Below the pieces are notes generated by a model. It saw only the letters and a program-made list of their open reading frames with translations, searched no databases and was not told where the DNA came from. This document shows, piece by piece, positions 63,301 through 64,000 of a DNA stretch of 64,000 nucleotides (the stretch's first letter is position 1; each line of letters starts with the position of its first letter). Both the position numbers and the translations under genes were made by a program. The stretch lies in IMG/VR virus record IMGVR_UViG_3300025018_000093; one strand, 5' to 3'. The DNA comes from a virus (taxonomy: Duplodnaviria > Caudoviricetes).

Positions 63301-64000
63301 ACAACGCTAAGATGCTCAATGACTACCTCAGCGATACGAGAAAGGTAGCGTTGAAGAGCGGGTTGGGAGTTGTACAAGGGACAACAGCGAGGAACATCAC
63401 AGTAGGATCGGGATCATACTACCTGATGCTGGATGCGGTGACCTACGCCGGGGCTGCGGATGCTACCTTCAGTGCCTTCTATGGTACGAACGGGGCTACC
63501 GAGGTCGCGTCTCAGACTCAGTTAGATATCACCCAGTATGACTCTTCGGGCACGTTGACCAATCTCACGGCAGGCTATTTCCGTGCTGATACTGTAGTAT
63601 TGACGTCAGACGGCCGTGTCAGCGTTATCTATGGCACAGAGGAGTTTGCAACGCAGGTAGCTGCGGAAGCGGCGCTAGTGGCGGCCATTCCGACGTTCAT
63701 TGAGCCGAGCGCTTTCCTACTTGCTCTTGTCATTGTCCAGCAGGCGTCCGGGATCGTATCCGTTCTCGACCGAAGACTTCAGCCAGCCACTGGAGGATCG
63801 GGAGGTGGATCGGCCGGTGTGACGGTCCACGCGGCGCTGACGGGCCTAAGTGCAGATGACCATACGCAGTATCTTTTGGCTGCGGGGACACGAGCTATGT
63901 CCGGCTCCCTGGACATGGGCGGGAACGCGATTACCGACGTTGGAAATGTCGACGGTGTCGATGTTTCCTCACACATGGACAGGCATTTACCGGGAGGAGC
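60327..64000 (+). CDS. large tail fibre/spike protein with two beta-helix modules (3' truncated, over 1200 aa, not in the ORF track)
   Basis: ATG 60327 after GAGGGG; frame spot-checked open at 61023, 62043, 63003 and 63843; PRMTEAQRDAI, TIQDAIDS..VGPGTF, SIKTAIEA..VYPGTY, ADDHTQY. Confidence 0.75.
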   Translation, partial: MALHRNLSGTNIHVSHAYTYADATERLAAVLTADDIGKVCFQQDSSVFYVLIGYSPMAWAAMTGNIANPLTDEGDILYGGASGTPQRLPGVDGSYLRSQGNAGAPTFTRALDVDSLLAAPLGSSLHASAILQADSVTQGILMPRMTEAQRDAITTPAAGLVVYATDQRCPYVYDGFVWRKLQIAATQFVSVTTDETGDFLTIQDAIDSITGAADDNRYVVRVGPGTFTEDVTMGDYIQVSGQGWDTLILGQVICDGLGYTQLSNVRVFAVNKPALLCSSDEVNVTDCFLESAWDDAEDPGIVRCCVEASYGIVYLYKESEASLVVTDAVNTSASTIQTVYHLTGTDTVYLESYGSFEYIDTVNGGNTLCCLYSDNTDESTEGVLTLGVFELSMGGTHLNKATLLSCSGANSVLIAEYKSTRGVSAAGTPMFILADISNSPVMSAGRCAFGKVDLTGFADADVYYARATHATDRVGAQNYLFKRSTDSFPARNTTGGSAGSCKYNLATNFGSASSSGKFNDADHGAQITDWATVAEALGGEASAAGDIFVSDGLGSGAMLPTVPVTRVLTVGVGTGAQYSSIKTAIEAAITGGASATSPWRVDVYPGTYTEDPMVLAPGIVLTSLDSRSDTVFIVASDSLEDLFTCTGGYMTGMLLSGVAAAAKALIRCATASTLTVLHGISVRGCSTGIAVSNGASVVATSFSIHLTGPSQGITTAVQVLSGGAFHMSGGFVSAPAALLPYYSVNPIQTVFNCSGSSSVCFLTSCTLLLSYKTDDATGLLCDDGGDLSIFASQVSGAGIAAHIGSSGSASQIMIQGCSFSNNYLNGKCESSTGLFFVNASSTALQWDGVAGSVLSGIVQLRGQDRTYLVGEASYSDVEGHTVDLAHYLHDGLSTGVSVGGEVTPSSGLDVDVAAGRGWVVEHATHSSQDAEWEATSLTLTANSTCYVVYDSVAAAIAEKLTAPGLSSVLLAIVVTGASSLRFVHLARTVVHDNAKMLNDYLSDTRKVALKSGLGVVQGTTARNITVGSGSYYLMLDAVTYAGAADATFSAFYGTNGATEVASQTQLDITQYDSSGTLTNLTAGYFRADTVVLTSDGRVSVIYGTEEFATQVAAEAALVAAIPTFIEPSAFLLALVIVQQASGIVSVLDRRLQPATGGSGGGSAGVTVHAALTGLSADDHTQYLLAAGTRAMSGSLDMGGNAITDVGNVDGVDVSSHMDRHLPGG

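Noticed and set aside
1-64000. Stop-codon reassignment as seen in some large phages
   Set aside because: Conserved genes are full length under the standard code and end in all three stop codons

Overview
This is a 64-kb segment of a large tailed dsDNA bacteriophage genome, probably jumbo-class, with every credible gene on the + strand. No host genes, rRNA, tRNA or CRISPR array were found. (1) 1-18.7 kb is a replication/recombination module. It has a RecD-like helicase (5' truncated), a putative SSB, RuvC, RecA, a SbcC/Rad50 split into two genes, an intein-containing SbcD/Mre11, a RecB-like nuclease, a beta-clamp, a TOPRIM primase and DnaX. It ends in an Mrr_N-NusG fusion and a tandem sigma70-region-4 protein, and carries an IS607 whose TnpB has the Fanzor-type rearranged RuvC site. 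(2) 18.8-43.8 kb is the head module. It has many probable internal-head proteins, a Dps-like ferritin, terminase with an intein, portal, a 2H-phosphoesterase/topoisomerase-IB fusion, prohead protease, an acidic scaffold and a compact HK97-type major capsid protein. (3) 43.9-54.2 kb is an accessory island: an HTH-LAGLIDADG-methyltransferase-Zn-ribbon fusion, a hairpin-dense non-coding element, peptide deformylase, GIY-YIG, SWIM and FmdB proteins. (4) 54.2-64 kb holds virion appendage/fibre-like genes, the last running off the window. All functional calls come from motifs read by eye; no database search or folding computation was run.
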